Numbered from the stretch's first letter, positions 47,726 to 62,321 are shown. The stretch: DNA of 64,000 bases from Azolla caroliniana (GCA_043228905.1 JBHGNT010000031.1:1-64000), one strand, 5' to 3'. The notes: generated by a model not told the origin, from the letters alone. Numbers and translations are program-made.

Positions 47726-48149
47726 AATGGACGGGGGGTTCTGTTGTGTGGAATATTGGGGAAGGAGGATTCGACCAGGCCGAGACAGAGTCAGGGAAAG
47801 GGGCTACGAGGACAAGAGAGGGCTTGTGAGCAAGAGCGGTGGGAGCGATGAAAGTTGGGTGTGCAAGAAAACTTCTGTGTGTGGGGTGGGCTTGGAGTAA
47901 CTGTTTTTTAGCAAACGCCTAGGGTTTTGTGCATGAAGAGGAGCCTGGAGATTCTTGGGCATGGATGCCATAATAGGATATTATGGCCACGTGTCCTAGG
48001 GAGTTAGTGCTTTGCCTTGGGTGTTGTGCATGTGCCTTTAAATACTAAAGTGAACGTGAAAGTGACTAATGTGTGCCTCTAAACATGACGTGATTTGGGT
48101 GATGCGGTAGGTGGAACTAACTAATTGCTAAAACTATGCCTAATCCTAC

Positions 48150-51100
48150 CTAATGTCTACTTTGGAATGTTGGCCTCCTTCGTGGCATTGTCCCTGTCGT
48201 GAGACTCGGCAAAAGGGTTGGCTGGGGTATTTCCTTGGTACAGTCACAGTCAGAATCCATTCACCCAACTTTTGACAATTTCCCCAACGAGGGTGCCGAG
48301 CTGGAACGTGCCATTAAACTCGTCAATAATCCAAAAGGGGCCGGTCCATCGAAATCGTAACTTTACTGGCATAGCACCGAGTCGCGTTTGGAAAACGAGG
48401 ACCGGTTTGCCTATGATCAATTCTTGTTCCAATCCTTTCCGATGTCGGTCCACAAAGGCTTTCTGTTGTCGTTGGCGTTGTTCAAGTTGGGCCATGCTCG
48501 CTAATCGGTCCTCGCCAAGTTCAAGGAGTTGTTCCAACCTCAATTGTTCGGATTGGGCCTCGGGGAGCCGTGCTTTAACTTGAACTCGAAGACTCGGAAC
48601 TTGGAACTCGATGGGCATAACGGTGTCGAGACCAAAAGCCATCCAAAAGGGGGTGGATTGAATGCTCGTTTTGAATGTAGTGCGATAAGCCCATAGTGAA
48701 CTCTTGAGCTTGTCATCCCAATCGGTGCGGTTCTCGTTGACGATCTTCTTCAGGATTGTTTGGAGAATTTTGTTAGTCGATTCAGCCAATCCATTTGCCT
48801 GCGGGTAGTATGGTGTACTTTTCTTATGTACCATCGCGTAGTGTGTCGTCAGCTCACGTATTATATGGTTTATAAAGTGCCCACCTTGGTCACTAACGAG
48901 CTCAATTGGGCATCCATAACGGCACCAGAGATGTTCGTACACGAATTTGGTCGTGGATGCTGTCGTGTTGTATCGTAAAGCCTTTGCCTCGACCCATTTT
49001 GTGCAGTAGTCCGTGGCCATGATGATATACTTATACCGATTCGGGCCGTGGCTAGTTTGAAGGGTCCCACAAAATCTAATCCCCATTTTTGAAATGGTTC
49101 CAATGGAAGAATGGGTTGGTGCGGCATTCGAGCTTGTTCCATCAGTTGGCCCAACCGTTGGCACAAGTCGCACTGTCGGCAAAACTCGTGGGCATCCTTT
49201 TTTGTTGTAGGCCACCATAACCCACTCTGCCATACTTTCCTTGTCGTGGACTCTCCGGCATAGTGTCTGCCGGCGATTCCTAGGTGGGCTTCTTGGAGGA
49301 TGGCCTTCTTCTCGAATTGTCGAATGGCCCGACGCCATATTCCATCCGAGCCTTTGTGGTAGAGGATGTCGGAAACGAGACAAAAGTTGCGGTTACGTAC
49401 TGCGAGTCGTTTCCGTACATCGAGGGCCATGTGGTCGGGAGGCAAGCCAATACTAAGGAAATGGGTCATCTCCGTGATCCATTCATCTTCTTTGTCGTCT
49501 GGCAGCATTGTGAGATGAAATAAGCCTGCATCGGGTAAATCGTCATACGTGGGCTCGACAGGGTCTCCTGACTCGAGGCGGCTTAGGTAGTCAACAACGG
49601 CATGTTGGACTCCGGGTCAATGTTGTATATGAAAATCAAACTCTTGCAATAGGAGCATCCATCGAGCTAGTCGACCTGTCAGGGCTTGTTTATTAACCAG
49701 GTAAAGGAGGGCCGAGTGATCGACGTGAAATGTGAATTTTCGGCCTAAGAGGTAATGCCGGAATTTACTGATGTTGTAGATCATCCCGAGGGCCTCTCGT
49801 TCTGTGGTTGAATAGTTCTTTTCCGCGGCTGAGAGACATCGGCTAGCATAATACACCGGCCGATACCAATTTGGGGGCGTACATTGCATAAGTGCGCTCC
49901 CGATGGCGATATCTGATGCGTCCACGAAGACGTGAAAAGGTTCCGACCATATCGGGGGTTGTACAACTAGGGCATGCGAGAGCATTAATTTCAATCCTTG
50001 GTAAGCCTTGTCTTCGATTGAAGTCCATTGAAAGGGGAGTCGATGCACTGTCGTGTGTAGTGTTGTCGCGAAATCGGCCAGGTGGCGTATCATCCGGCTG
50101 TGCCATCGGATTTGTCCCAGAAATTGGTTGAGGCCTTTTGCATTCAAGGGTGCGGGGGCATTTAGGATGGCTTGTACTTTATCCAGGTCCATGGTGATAC
50201 CTTCTTGACTGACGATATGCCCGAGTAGGTTGCCGCTTTGTGACCAAGAACGCGCATTTTGCCGGGTTTAAACTTAACTGAGCCTGGCGACATCGATCAA
50301 GACAGAGACGTAACTGGGTCATGTGTTCCAGTCGCTGACCATATACGGCGAAGTCATCGAGAAAGACTTGCATGAACGCCAGGATATACTCGTTAAAAAT
50401 TTCGGTGATGATGCGTTGGAACGTCGCCAGCGCCATTTTTAAACCGAACATCATTACTTCTGCCACGAAAACACCCCATTCCATGACAAATGTTGTAACC
50501 ATTGAACCCGTCTAGAAAGGTGTAGCATTCGTGACCTGCCACCGTGTCGAGAACACTATCCGTGAACGGAAGAGGGAATCCATCTGTGACCGTTGTAGTA
50601 TCAAGCTTGCGGTAGTCGACACAGACTCTGATTTTCTTGTTTTTCTTGGGGACGACTACGATTGGGCTTAACCATGTGGCGCGTTTTACAGGTCGTATGA
50701 ACCCTACTCAGAGGAGCTTGTCTATCTCTTCCTTGACCTTAGCCGCATAATTGGGGTTCATCTGGTATCGTCTTTTCGGAACCGGCCGAGTGTCTGGGAG
50801 AAGATGGATCTGGTGTTGGTAGTATTGTGGGTCCAAACCCTTCATATCCGTGTAAGACCATGCGAATACATCTTGGTAATCGGCGAGTAAATGTATCAGG
50901 GCTACTTGTTCGCCGGCTAGTAAGTTATTAGCAATTTGTAGTGTGCGAGGGTTCTCGTCCGAACCGAGGTTCAGTGTTTCGAGCGTTGATGCCTTCACTC
51001 ATTGGGAGATGGCGAGTTCACGTTCAAAAGCATCCCGAGCGTGTCGTAATTATGTGATCCGCGTATAACGACGAGGTGTTGTGGGGCGTGGTTACGCGTT

Positions 51101-53400
51101 CTTCGGTTATGATCCGGACCTTGGTCTTTCCTCGGCGAAACGAGATCATGTTGCACTGCCAATGTTGTTTGATATTTGTTGTGCGCAACCATGGTTTGCC
51201 CAGTAACATTGGGTAAGCCCCCTGTGCTTCGAGTCGTAATACAATGGCCGAGATAGTGAACATGTGGCCTCCTAGAGTAAAGTTGAGGTGGCGGATTAAT
51301 CCGATGGGGCAAACCGATCGTGTGTCGGCCATTCGAAGCCAAAAGGGGCAAGGTTCCCATTGATTCAGACCGAGTTTATGACAGGTAGCCTCGCTGATGA
51401 CATTCATGCCAGAGCCATCGTCGATTATGCACTCGTGCAGGTCCCTTCCTTTAATCATAATTTTTATGGCTAGATTTTGCACATCCATGAGGGGTGGACC
51501 CATTCCTGGCGTGGTCAGGTGCACAAGTGGCGCGGTGGAATGGGTGTTGGTCGTGAGTGTAGCCAAGGTGTCCCGAAAACGCGGCATGAGTGGTAAGAGT
51601 TGATGTAGAGGCAAGGAGATCCTGGAACTGGTAAGGGCATCCCCCAACTGGTCATCTTTTGTCGATGTGGATGGTGCCGAGGACTGTGTTGCTCCGATGG
51701 TCGTGTCTCCCATTTCTGTTTGCATTCGCACCACATTGTTTTTGTTGGCCGTATCCGTCCATTCTTTGGCTGCTTACCAGAATTCATCCTGTACTTGCCA
51801 TGGGGTGGCCTGGGCTTTGCTGCGTGTTGTGACGTTTTCTACGTCGGCCATAATACTATTCACGGCAAGAGCCTTTCCGCGGTTTGTTGTTGGGCATTGC
51901 GTAGCGTAGTGACCGGGTTGGTTGCACTTGAAGCAAGTAACGTTGGCCGAGTTGCTGGTGCCAACTCGATCTGTGTGTGGGGGGGGTGCGGTTGATTCCT
52001 GGCCTCGTTTGTTTGTGGGTTGGTCCAGGGTGCGTTCGAGCTGCGTAGTTCATTGTGCGGGGGGTCTCGACGACGATTGTCGTTATTCCTTCTGTTATTG
52101 TGCAATCCTCGGTGAGAGTTGCGCCGATCATTACGAAAATTTCTCTGATTGTATCGGTCATCCCGATCATCTTCATTCTGATCATAATCGTCGTTTGCCT
52201 GATACTGGTCATCGTGATAGCGATCACGACGGTCGTCCGATCTTCGTCAGTTGTCGTTTCGGTAACGGTCATCATCCGAACGGTAATCGTCGTTACGGCG
52301 CCGTCTATCCGGCGATCGGGGTCGTTGGTTATCCTAGTTTCGATAGGATTGTCACTCGTCCTGATGAGAGTATGTATCCTTGGGCTCGATCTGGCGACCC
52401 GGGGCCATCGTTGTGTGGTTGAGCATATTGTATTCACAATGCTCGACAGTGTGAGATCGGGATTGGCAGATCGGACACTGTGGCCGGTGAGGACATTCGA
52501 GGGCCAGATGGCCCGATCCTGAGCAAATTGTGCATTGGAGGGCTTGGCGAAAGCGATTGTCCTCCTAGGGAAGGGCACTTTGCAATGAACTCATAGCGAA
52601 AGTCGTGCTTTGCTGAGTCCGATCGACGGCAAGGATGCGCGCTATGACTTGCTCGATTGTTTGGTTGGCAAAATTAGTAAGTGCAAGAGTTGTCCGTAGA
52701 GGCTCCCGTAGGCTAGACAGGAATGCGTCTGGAATGTGTTGTGCAGAGACATCGTCGGCCACTTGTCTATAGAGATCCTGGAACCGGATCGTGAATTGTA
52801 CGACCGTCTCGTGCGGTTCTTGTCGCATGGAAAAGAACTGTCGGAGCAATTCTCGTTTGGGCACCTTGCGATGGAACAGTTCTAGGAACTGTGTGCAAAC
52901 GTCATGGAAGGTGGCAAACTCCCTTGTGTCGAGGCCAGAATACCATCGCGCAGCTGGTCCATCGAGGGATAGCGTAAACTCGGCAATTTTTTAGGCCTAG
53001 ATTTCGGCAGGCGAGAGTCATTATGTTGAGTGGTTGGCCTGCCAGGTGGACATGAAGGCACGAATGTGCGACTCCGCGTCGGGGTTGTCGGTGTATCGTG
53101 GGTAAGGATATGGCATGGTATCGAATTTGGGGTCTTCCGGTAAAACTGGAAAAGGGTTAGGGTTAGGGTGGGTGACCTTTGGAGGGCTTGGTGGAGAGGT
53201 TGGTGTGGACTCAACTTGTGACCGAGTAGCAGGTGGCAAGGATTGCAACCGGTGAGCCTCCGATATTTGTTGGAAAAACTGGTCCGTGACCGTCGAGTCA
53301 GAAGAGCCTTCGACTGGCTCAAGGTGTCGACCAGATGGCTGAGACCGCTTGGTGCAATTGGGCGCTGTAATGGCGGCTGAAGGTTGTCTTCAACGTAGTT
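48150..53400 (-). pseudogene. A gag-pol, heavily decayed
   Basis: Same motifs as B; many frameshifts; deletions near 50500 and 51050 relative to B; limits approximate. Confidence 0.9.
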
Positions 53401-53439
53401 CGCTGTGATCTCACAACTGTAATCTAACGTGCCAAATTG

Positions 53440-53924
53440 TGTTAACCGTTTTGTTGGAAACAACTTGGATATGCCTACAAGCTATCGGTATCAAGGGAAG
53501 TGAACATGAAGACTTGTGCACGGAGGCGTCGTTAGGGGAAGAAAATGGAGAGCCTACCCGGAATAGAGCCCGGGTCATATACGTAATCGAGACCTTAGAA
53601 ATGACGGCACATAGATGAAAACAACAAGAGCTAATAGATATGTATTACTGCAAACAGTTATCAATGATTACAAAAACACGGCTCCCAGCCGGTGACCTTA
53701 CAAAGCTCTTATATCTATGAAACGACCTCGCCTAGGCTCTAGATATCTCTCCCCTGCCGAGGTACGCAGACCTCGGTTTATATATATTTTCTTCATACAG
53801 AGCCGAGCGGTCGGCTAATTGTGAGGCTCGAAACTCGGCGTTTACCTAACTCTACCTTACCTACTCGCCTTACCTACCAGCGTATTACATTTAACTAATT
53901 TATGTTTTTGGTCTATGGACAACA
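53440..53924 (-). repeat. 5' LTR of A
   Basis: Direct repeat of 9366-9850. Confidence 0.95.
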
Positions 53925-53929
53925 ATAAG

Positions 53930-55833
53930 TTGTTGCAAAGATGACCTATTTGATGTTGGGTGTGCACGACATGTGGCACGAATGAGCATGCATAAGGAAG
54001 CATATCATAAGTCCAAGGCTAGTCCATTAGAGCTTGTTACCTATCGGTTCTTTATGATACCAAAGGAGGTCCCTAACATGGCAAATAGGTTAAAAATCGG
54101 GAGTGCCATGACTAAGGTTGATTGGCCTTTGATGATGCAAGATGCCTATGCACTCCGAGATCTTGGGAAAGTGGCTCATGTTCAACCCTACATGCCTAGT
54201 GAACCAAGATCTCCCGCCATACAACCATTTATCTTGATACTTCAAGATCAATGGATGCTGGAAATGTGTGAGGGGTTGACCCTAAACAACTCTTGGGCAA
54301 TTGACTCGACATTTAGAACAAACCAATTCGGGCTACCATTATATGCAGCAGTTGCCCCCAACGCCATGGGAATTGGGATCCCATTATGGTACATGCTTTG
54401 TAGTTCTCATAAGGGGTCAAACCATGAGCAAGTGGCATTAGAAACTTGTTTGAGAGTCATATTCGCAATGATGCCCACGGTGAGGCCAAATGCGACAGTG
54501 ATCGATAAATGTTGGACATCATATAATGCCATAACTAATGTGGTTGCAACAAACCGTCAATCTTGGATTGTTGTAAATGGGCAACGGTCCCAAACACATT
54601 GTCGACTTTTGTTGTGTCAATTTCACGCCAAAAAGTCATGGGTGGACAACTTGTTGCCAAAAGTAAGCGCAAATGAGAGAAGCCATCTTTATCAACGAAT
54701 GTGCCAACTGATGCAATGCATTACTGAATCATCATTCAATGCAATGTGTGAGGAGTTAAAGGTAGAATATGCGGACAAGCCCGGTGTTTGGCAATATATA
54801 GAAGGAGGATGGTGTGGTTTGACATGTGTGTGGAGGAAACTATGGCCCAAGTTTGGTAGAATGTTCAACTATGGACAAGTTGACACTACCAATATTGTGG
54901 AAAGACATTGGCAGTTTATCAAGTATACTGCCTTGAGGGGAGGAATAAACCGATCAATTACCGACCTTCAAGCAACAACAAGAAATATGTGAGAGTGGTC
55001 GGTTTGCACCCCGTGCGAATTGTAGGGATCAAAGGTCCTGACTTAAAGAAGCGGAGAGAATATTGGAAAGGTATGTTGACAATACTTCCACAATTGAAAT
55101 TGTTGATGAGGCCCAATATTGGTTTAGAATCTTGAGCATGACAACTCCCACTCTATGGTATAATGTCTCACTCCAATGCTCATATTGTGATTGCCAAGAC
55201 TTTATGAGTAAATGTAAGCATTTACTCGGTATCCGAATTATTATTGAGAGGCATATGCCACATTTATGTGGCTCATTGCCTTTTATAGATCACGTGACCC
55301 AAATGCGAATGTACCATAATACAGAAATAGAAGTGGAGGCAGAGGTAGAGCAAGTAGAGGAGACAAACCCCACAACATCCGATATTGAATCATTCAAGTC
55401 CAAAATACAAACGGTCGTGAAAGCACTTCAATGTCTTGAGCAAGGGTTAGGAACCTTCGACCGTGCAACTATTGTCAAAGGTATACAAACATTGGAAAAT
55501 GTGGCTAAGAAGGTGTATTGCATTGGTGCACCAAAATCAACCAATGAAGAAGATGGTAGATCAATAAGTCGCGACCAACAAATCAGTGCCAAAAGAAGTG
55601 CAACAATAGACATCTCACAAGAACTTATTGGCAGCTCCCCAAACACTTCTAAATCCCACTCCGGAAAACTACAAAGAGGTGCTAGTCGGGCTAGGAGGAG
55701 ATTGCCATTGGTTGACCATGAGAAGGTTCGGTGTTTGCGTTGCGATGGCTTGACCTTGACTTCAAGGAACTCAAATGTTACATGTTGTAAAAATTGTGGT
55801 TGCATCTTGCAATCATCTCGACATGAGTCATAA
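53930..55833 (+). pseudogene. MULE transposase, 3' part (DDE domain, SWIM finger, C-terminal Cys cluster)
   Basis: WAIDSTFRTN; TVIDK; LLCQFH; TTNIVERHW; SWIM CDCQDFMSKCKH; frame breaks at ~54970-55065. Confidence 0.88.
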
Positions 55834-56019
55834 TCTTAATATGTAACGTGTATATTCATATTTCATTTTAGGGTTGTCAACATTTGACATTTTAATATTT
55901 TATGTAAGACTTGTTATTTGAATCTTTAGGTTTTTTTGAGAAATTTTATGATCAGTTTCATGGCAAATATTTGTTGTACACTTACAATTTTGTGGAGTTA
56001 TTGATGTTTGTTGCTACAG

Positions 56020-56070
56020 AGTCGGGCTCCCTTTCGCAGAGTCGGGCTCCTTTTCACATAGTCGGGCTCC
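56020..56070 (-). repeat. Three AGTCGGGCTCC motifs at 20-bp spacing
   Basis: GTCGGGCTCC at 56021, 56041 and 56061; inverted relative to 7922-8160. Confidence 0.8.
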
Positions 56071-56209
56071 TTGTGACAGACGTTGTCAGCTTTTTATCCA
56101 TCTTGGACGGTGGAGATCGAACGCGCCATCAGCGGTGCGACCTGCACCGTCCCTCTCCGCGATTCCCTCACTTGCCCTCTTTAATATTTGGTAGTAGTTA
56201 GTCACGAGC

Positions 56210-56210
<1 letters not shown>

Positions 56211-56241
<31 letters not shown>

Positions 56242-56266
56242 TGTATGTATCAGTATGTATGTATGT
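56211..56266. repeat. (TATG)n microsatellite; (GA)n at 56395-56414
   Basis: Direct reading. Confidence 0.95.
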
Positions 56267-56414
56267 AGATCCGTCCGATTTTAATTTGCAGACTACGTTT
56301 TTGGCGCCAATACCTGTGCCGTCGAAACAGACAGACGGGCGTTTTCCTCTCCCTTCATCACACGCCAAACACAGACTCAGACACAGACACACACAGAGAG
56401 AGAGAGAGAGAGAG

Positions 56415-59400
56415 ATGATCGAGATCGGCGATGGAGGCATGTCGGGAGATGCAGAAGCCGAGCTTCTGCGCCCGTTCCTGGATCACCTACATCGCCATGA
56501 GCACAGCTGCTTTCCCCCGTCGCTCATCCAACCCCTTCTCTCTCAGCTCAATTCTCCTGACGAAGAAACGTAAGTCAATTCTCTTCATCAATTCGCTTGC
56601 GTAACAAAAGATTATCTGTTTAACTTATCGTGTAGAACTATTTAATTCGTGCTTCTTGTATTGGAGAAACGTTGATCTTGCTAGCCTACAGAGTTAATAG
56701 AAATTAGATTTCCCAAAACTTGTTTCTTTTTGTTAGCGTGCCTTTCGTTACAGATTTTTTTTGTCTCTCCTTTTTTTTCCTTTCAAAAGTTGTTGTTAAT
56801 TCTTCTTTCCAGCGTGGCAATGGCTATAAAATCTCTTGGCTATATCATACACAAAGAGAACATTGTGACGATGTTTTCAGGTAACTTTTAATCCAATTTA
56901 TTATTATAAAAACACCATGCTATTCTTTGCAACTTTGGACTTCTAAGTTTATAAATATCATCTGCAGTTGAAAGCTCTTCAATGGTATTGCTTTCTTTAG
57001 TGAAACTCATCACTTCAACTGATCGGAAAGTATGCTTTTTTTTCTTTATATTTCTTTGGCATGCTTTCTATTCATGTAAATTTTATTCATTCAGTTGACA
57101 TGATTTTATAATTCTACGCATGTTATCCAGGTACTCTGTAACTTGGCCGTTTGGTGTCTTGGAATTCAAGAATTTGGGATGTCACAACTTGAAAGCAATA
57201 TGGATGCTATAATACAAGCTATCGTATATGCTATTGATAACCCCATGGGCTCAAAAGCGATAACATATGAAGCTCTTCAGGCATATCAAACTTCGACCTT
57301 TGTCACACAATATTTACAATGCACTTGTTTTGGTAGCTTATGCTCAGTAGTTTAGATATAAGATAAGCTAAATTTATGATACTGTTTTTGATAATATAGG
57401 CTATTGTAAAAATGATGAACAAGGTTCCAAAAATGAAGATGACTGCTTCTGTTTGGGCACCTCTCATATATAAAAGGCTGCTAGCTGCTGATAAAAGGGA
57501 TAGAGATATAGCAGAAAGATGTTTGAAGGATCTCGAGCCAATGCTACTGCCAACACATTCTTCCCTTGCAAAGGTGCTATATGAAACTCATGCATTAATT
57601 TTGTTTCATAATGTGTTTGCAATACAGATTCCTCATAGAAGAGGACCTCAACCCTCTTTATTCAACGAGAACAATATATTGTGTCCTTTTGAATAATTCA
57701 CAAGGAATTGCAAATGGGATAAAGCCAATGCATTTCCACTATCTATTGGGCGAAAGATCCCAGCACATCGGTGTAAACAAGGCTACAACAATAAAACATA
57801 CATGACACCATGGTGCAACACACAGACACTGATATTTGCATCATTAGGGTTGTTGTATGTGTGATGTATTCATGCTCGTGATTACATTCAAATTGCATTC
57901 TTAATCATCCACATATTGGTAGTGGTAAATTTTGCTGTGACGAGGAAAATTATAAAGTTGAAGTACAGCACAAAAATTTGATCTTGATGCTGAATACCAA
58001 GTAGGCTCTTGAAACACTGCAAAGCTGTTTGTAGTGAGGCCAGCATTATTGATACTGTAGTTATGTTTATCATGCATAAGCATTGCACCACAAATCTGTC
58101 TCAAATGTTTGGCCATGGTTGACATTGTACAGGTTGTGGCTATAGATATATCTCAAAGTCTTTTGCCAAATATGGAAAAGATGGTAGCATCAAGGGGCTT
58201 AATGATACCTACAATTCGTGCTTGGAGTTGGCTTGTTCGACTCCTTGGAGTTCAAGCTGGGGAGAAAAGACATCTTCTGAACCGCATGCTCAAAGTAGTA
58301 GAGACCACATTTACCAGTCAAGATTCTCAAGTTCAAATTGCTTCACTGGTTTGTATTACCATTTAATTTTAATTTAACCAGTTTGATTCTAGTACATCAC
58401 CGATAGTTGAAATTGGTTTTGCCACAGGTTGCATGGGAAGCTTTGATTGGTGCATTTCTCCGGTGTTCAGCAATAGAAGACAGTATTCAATCAGAAATAG
58501 AGGGCGTATCCCCTCCATCTGCAGACGCTCACAAACCACATACAAGTTGTTCTATAAAACGTTTAAAACTTTTAATGACACCTTTGATAACCATCATGAA
58601 CAGTAAAAGTCACGAGTCCGTGAAGCTTGCATGTTGGCGCACATGGATTCACCTTGCTCACCAGTTGGACTGTCAGATCAATGATATGCTTGTTCAAGAT
58701 GTTGTTGTATCTCCTATGTTTGAGGTGATATTTAGGTCTGGTCCTGATGCTTGTACTCCTTGGGTGTGGGAACTCTGCTTGAATGCATTGTTTGAATTAA
58801 TAGCTTGCAAGGTTCCAAACAGAGTTCCAATGAACTCACCTCAGCATATTTCTATTACTTCAGAGGGACAGCTTGCTTCTCCTAAGAGTTCCCCCATATC
58901 TACATATGCGAGAGAAGTTGAAAGTTCTCGAACGATAAAATGGACCACATGGCATTTGGATGCACTTGAGTCCATACTGAAATATGTAATGATCCTCTGG
59001 AAATGCGGATTAGAGAACTACAAACACAAATGCGATAACCTCAGTCTAAATGGAAGCTTGAAAATTCTGTCATTAGTGATCAAATGTGTAGAAGATGATG
59101 AGAAGGGGGTTCTTAGACCCTCAGAGCAACATGTGAGATCTGTACATTCTCTACTTATGCTATTTAGCAAACTCTCTAGGGAGGCCAAGTTACTTCTAAG
59201 CACTGAGCATTTGGTTTCTGTTGTATGGCCAGTTGTTGAGGTCTTAATGAATCTTGGCTCTCTTGTATTATCATCGTCCTTTTATAAACTGCTCTTTGAA
59301 CACCCATGTAAATTATCTACCATACTTGACAACCCATTGCATTCAGCTCGGAATCAGATCAACTCAGATGAGCTGATAACTCCTATTGTGTACATTATTG

Positions 59401-62321
59401 GAGTGTGGATTCAACTTGGATGTAACATATTTTCTATAGATGGAGAAGAGGTTAAGGTCTTACAAAAACTTGAAAAGATTGCCATTGCTACCAAGACAGA
59501 CCTCGGTATAATGGATAATCTAAGAGGAATGGGCAATATCTTGGTTCAGTTCCTCTCCATGGTGAGGGAACACACGCAGCGACCATGGACTGCTGAGGGA
59601 GATACCACAACCAAAATGTTTCTGCCATTGCAGAAGTATTTTTTCTTACTTAGAGTCTGGAAAATTTTTGCTGGCCATTTGGAAAATTATCTGGACAGTG
59701 TAAATGATATACCAACTACTCATGATGGTATTGATGACTCAGGATTTCAAGTTATAAACACATTTCTGCTATTTCCTGTGCAGTTCTCAATGTATGTCTA
59801 TAATTTGCCTTATTATGATGGTTCGAAATGTTACGGAAGTTCCAAAGGAACCCAGGATATGACATCTTCTCAAGCTGTTAATGAGGTAGAACATGCTGTT
59901 TTGACATGGTCTACACTCTTTAATTGTGGTTCACGAATCTCATCATTGAAATCATCAAAATCAAATCTATTCGCCAGTGGTCATTGCAGAAGTATTTTGA
60001 AGCTGCTAGAAACTCATTGGCCTAATGGAGCACACACTAGAAATGATGATTTTACAAGATTTATCTTCCCTGACATAATTGGTGCGATCATTGTCCACAT
60101 TCTGAAACACTTAGACATATCAAACTTTGCATCGTTTGCTCTAAATAGAAAGAGGAGGTTTGGAAGTTTCCGAAGTGGAGTTTATTTGACTAATGGCTTG
60201 CTGGCAAATGAGGTGGAGGATACAAGTAATATTCGTGATGCTCTATGTATCATATCTAGGTTTGGCCTCTGTTCACTTTGTGTATATGCATTTTTGTATT
60301 ATTAAAGCTGAACCAACTTTTTAATCCTATGAAGCTTGTCAGATTTTTAGATTTGGCATGGAATGAACTCCCTACCCAAGAAAATCATTGGTTTGATTCC
60401 ACGTCAAGGTACGATTTATCTTTTAACGCTAGTCTACTTTTCCTCTACTTTGGATAACTTTCATATGCTTTTTCTTTAACCTTGATTTTCTCTTCATATC
60501 AGGATTTTAGAAGCATTAGCAAGTTTTTCAGCTCAGCTCAATACACAGCAGGATGTGCTCATGTATTTGCAGGTATTCTTAGAATATTGCTTGTAAGTAA
60601 CAAGTCATGCAAGGATGCAACGAATGAGATTCTAATAATGTCTTTACCACATCCAGGAACTATCCAAGATTTTAGCAAAATGGCTTAGTTCACCTGAGAG
60701 AATTTGCATTAGGCAAAATACATTATCTTCTGATATCCTCATGCGTGCACTGGCGAATGTGTGGGAGAAGCTCCTAAGCTGCATAGAGAAGTGTCGGCCT
60801 CCTCTAAATTTCGATTCAAATCTTCTGGCCATTCAAGCCTCCCTTCTGATACCAGCATTTCAACATGAAGAAACTTTGATAGCCAACATAACTATTTCAT
60901 TTTGGGAAGCAACATATGGCACTAAAGCATCTTTTCTGAAATATCCACCATGCTTGATTCCTGTACTTAATCAACTCAAAGATAAGGTGAATATTTCCTT
61001 GCCAGGTTGGGACATGCAATCTAATAAGGTGAAGGGAAAACCTCATGTAGATATGTCCTCTAGATGTGACATGTCCTCTGGACGAAAACAGCTACGAGCG
61101 TACAAGGAACAAATGTGCATGGAAGGCTCGATACTCTCACCTTCCACTCTTGAAGCCGAAGGTAAGGCAACAAAGAGGCTACAGACATCAAGCTTCATCG
61201 GGAGCATTAAAAGAGTGCATGCTGACCAGCCAGTAGATGGATTGCTGGAAAGGATCAAAAGACCCCTCTCTAATGCCTCTCATATTCATGGATCTAAAGA
61301 CAAAGGTCTTAAAATAACAGACTCATTTTCAGAGCTAGCAAAACGCCAACATGTTTCTGAGCTCCCCCCTTATGAGAAAGTGCAAGATGCCAGAACAGAA
61401 TATGATTCAGGAACTGCAGTAAACAGAAAAAAAGTTAGGTTTACTGGAGACGAATGTGTGGAGTATGTCGCCATTCCTCTTACTCCAAAGTTGCCATGTC
61501 CATTGACAGATCACCAGAAAGAAGTGAGACGCACACAACAGAGTGGTGGAATAGGCATGAAAACATACACAAATATGGATTTCAGCCAGAGTCAAGTGGT
61601 GCTTGACTCTGAAGATCCTGAAGAGATAACCTTGGATGTGTATATGAAGGTGGATCAGAAAATTGAAGGCCCATTGACTCACAATGGTTTAGGATCATCT
61701 AAACCCGAGAATGCTTATGATGAGGCACCTGAAGAAGCCAAGGACCTAAAAGTTGAGAGGGAGAAGAGTCAAAATGTCACAGATGCAAGCATGCCCAAAC
61801 TGCATTCTGCGAAGTTGACGAGCTCGGATGAAGATAATGAAGTTCAGACAAGGATGGGTACTGAAAATAACGTGCAAAAACAGCTGGTTTCATGCAGACA
61901 TATTTCTGAAACGAAGGATGTTGAAACTGTTGTATCATCTGCTACTTTGTCATATGATGTAGAATTGCAAAATCCTCTCGATGAATGGAACAACGGAGAC
62001 AGCCCAGAAACTTCTGGAGACACGCAACTACTCAGTGTGGATGAGCAAACAGTATCAACAAATCATGCTTATGACCTGACAATATGTACAACAAACATTG
62101 GTTATACTCAGCCATGCGATATGATTGCTGCCATAGAGTCTAATCAGCAAACAAATAGGAGAATTAATGCTCTGACTGAGCAGTTGAAGGACATAAAGGC
62201 GAGTGTTAAATGGGAATGTTTGGACATTAAAACACTGGATTCTCTGCAAATAGTCCTCTCAGAATTTCAAGATAAAGTTATCTCAAGCATCGGAATGAGG
62301 CAGATAGAGAGCTCAAAGTAA
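56415..62321 (+). CDS. RIF1: RIF1 homolog (telomere/replication-timing factor); exons ~56415-56569, 56813-56881, 56968-57029, 57131-57280, 57400-57573, 58133-58348, 58428-60259, 60343-60408, 60503-60572, 60658-62321
   Basis: Helical N-terminus with plant RIF1-like motifs (CNLAVWC, AIVYAIDNPMGS, WAPLIYKRL, QVAWEALI); PLTDHQKEV; KVRF (RVxF-type PP1 motif); splice sites fit the frame; start codon uncertain (56415 or 56439). Confidence 0.85.

Larger units (their letters stand above)
9366..53924 (-). mobile_element. Element A: Athila-like (non-chromovirus, no extra RNase H seen) Ty3/gypsy with extra 3' ORFs, decayed
   Basis: 485-bp LTRs 9366-9850 and 53440-53924 (TG..CA); 5-bp TSD ATAAG (9361-9365, 53925-53929); gag-PR-RT-RH-IN order on minus strand. 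Confidence 0.92.

Noticed and set aside
56100-56210. Helitron terminus
   Set aside because: Hairpin present, but no CTRR at the expected spacing and no Rep/helicase
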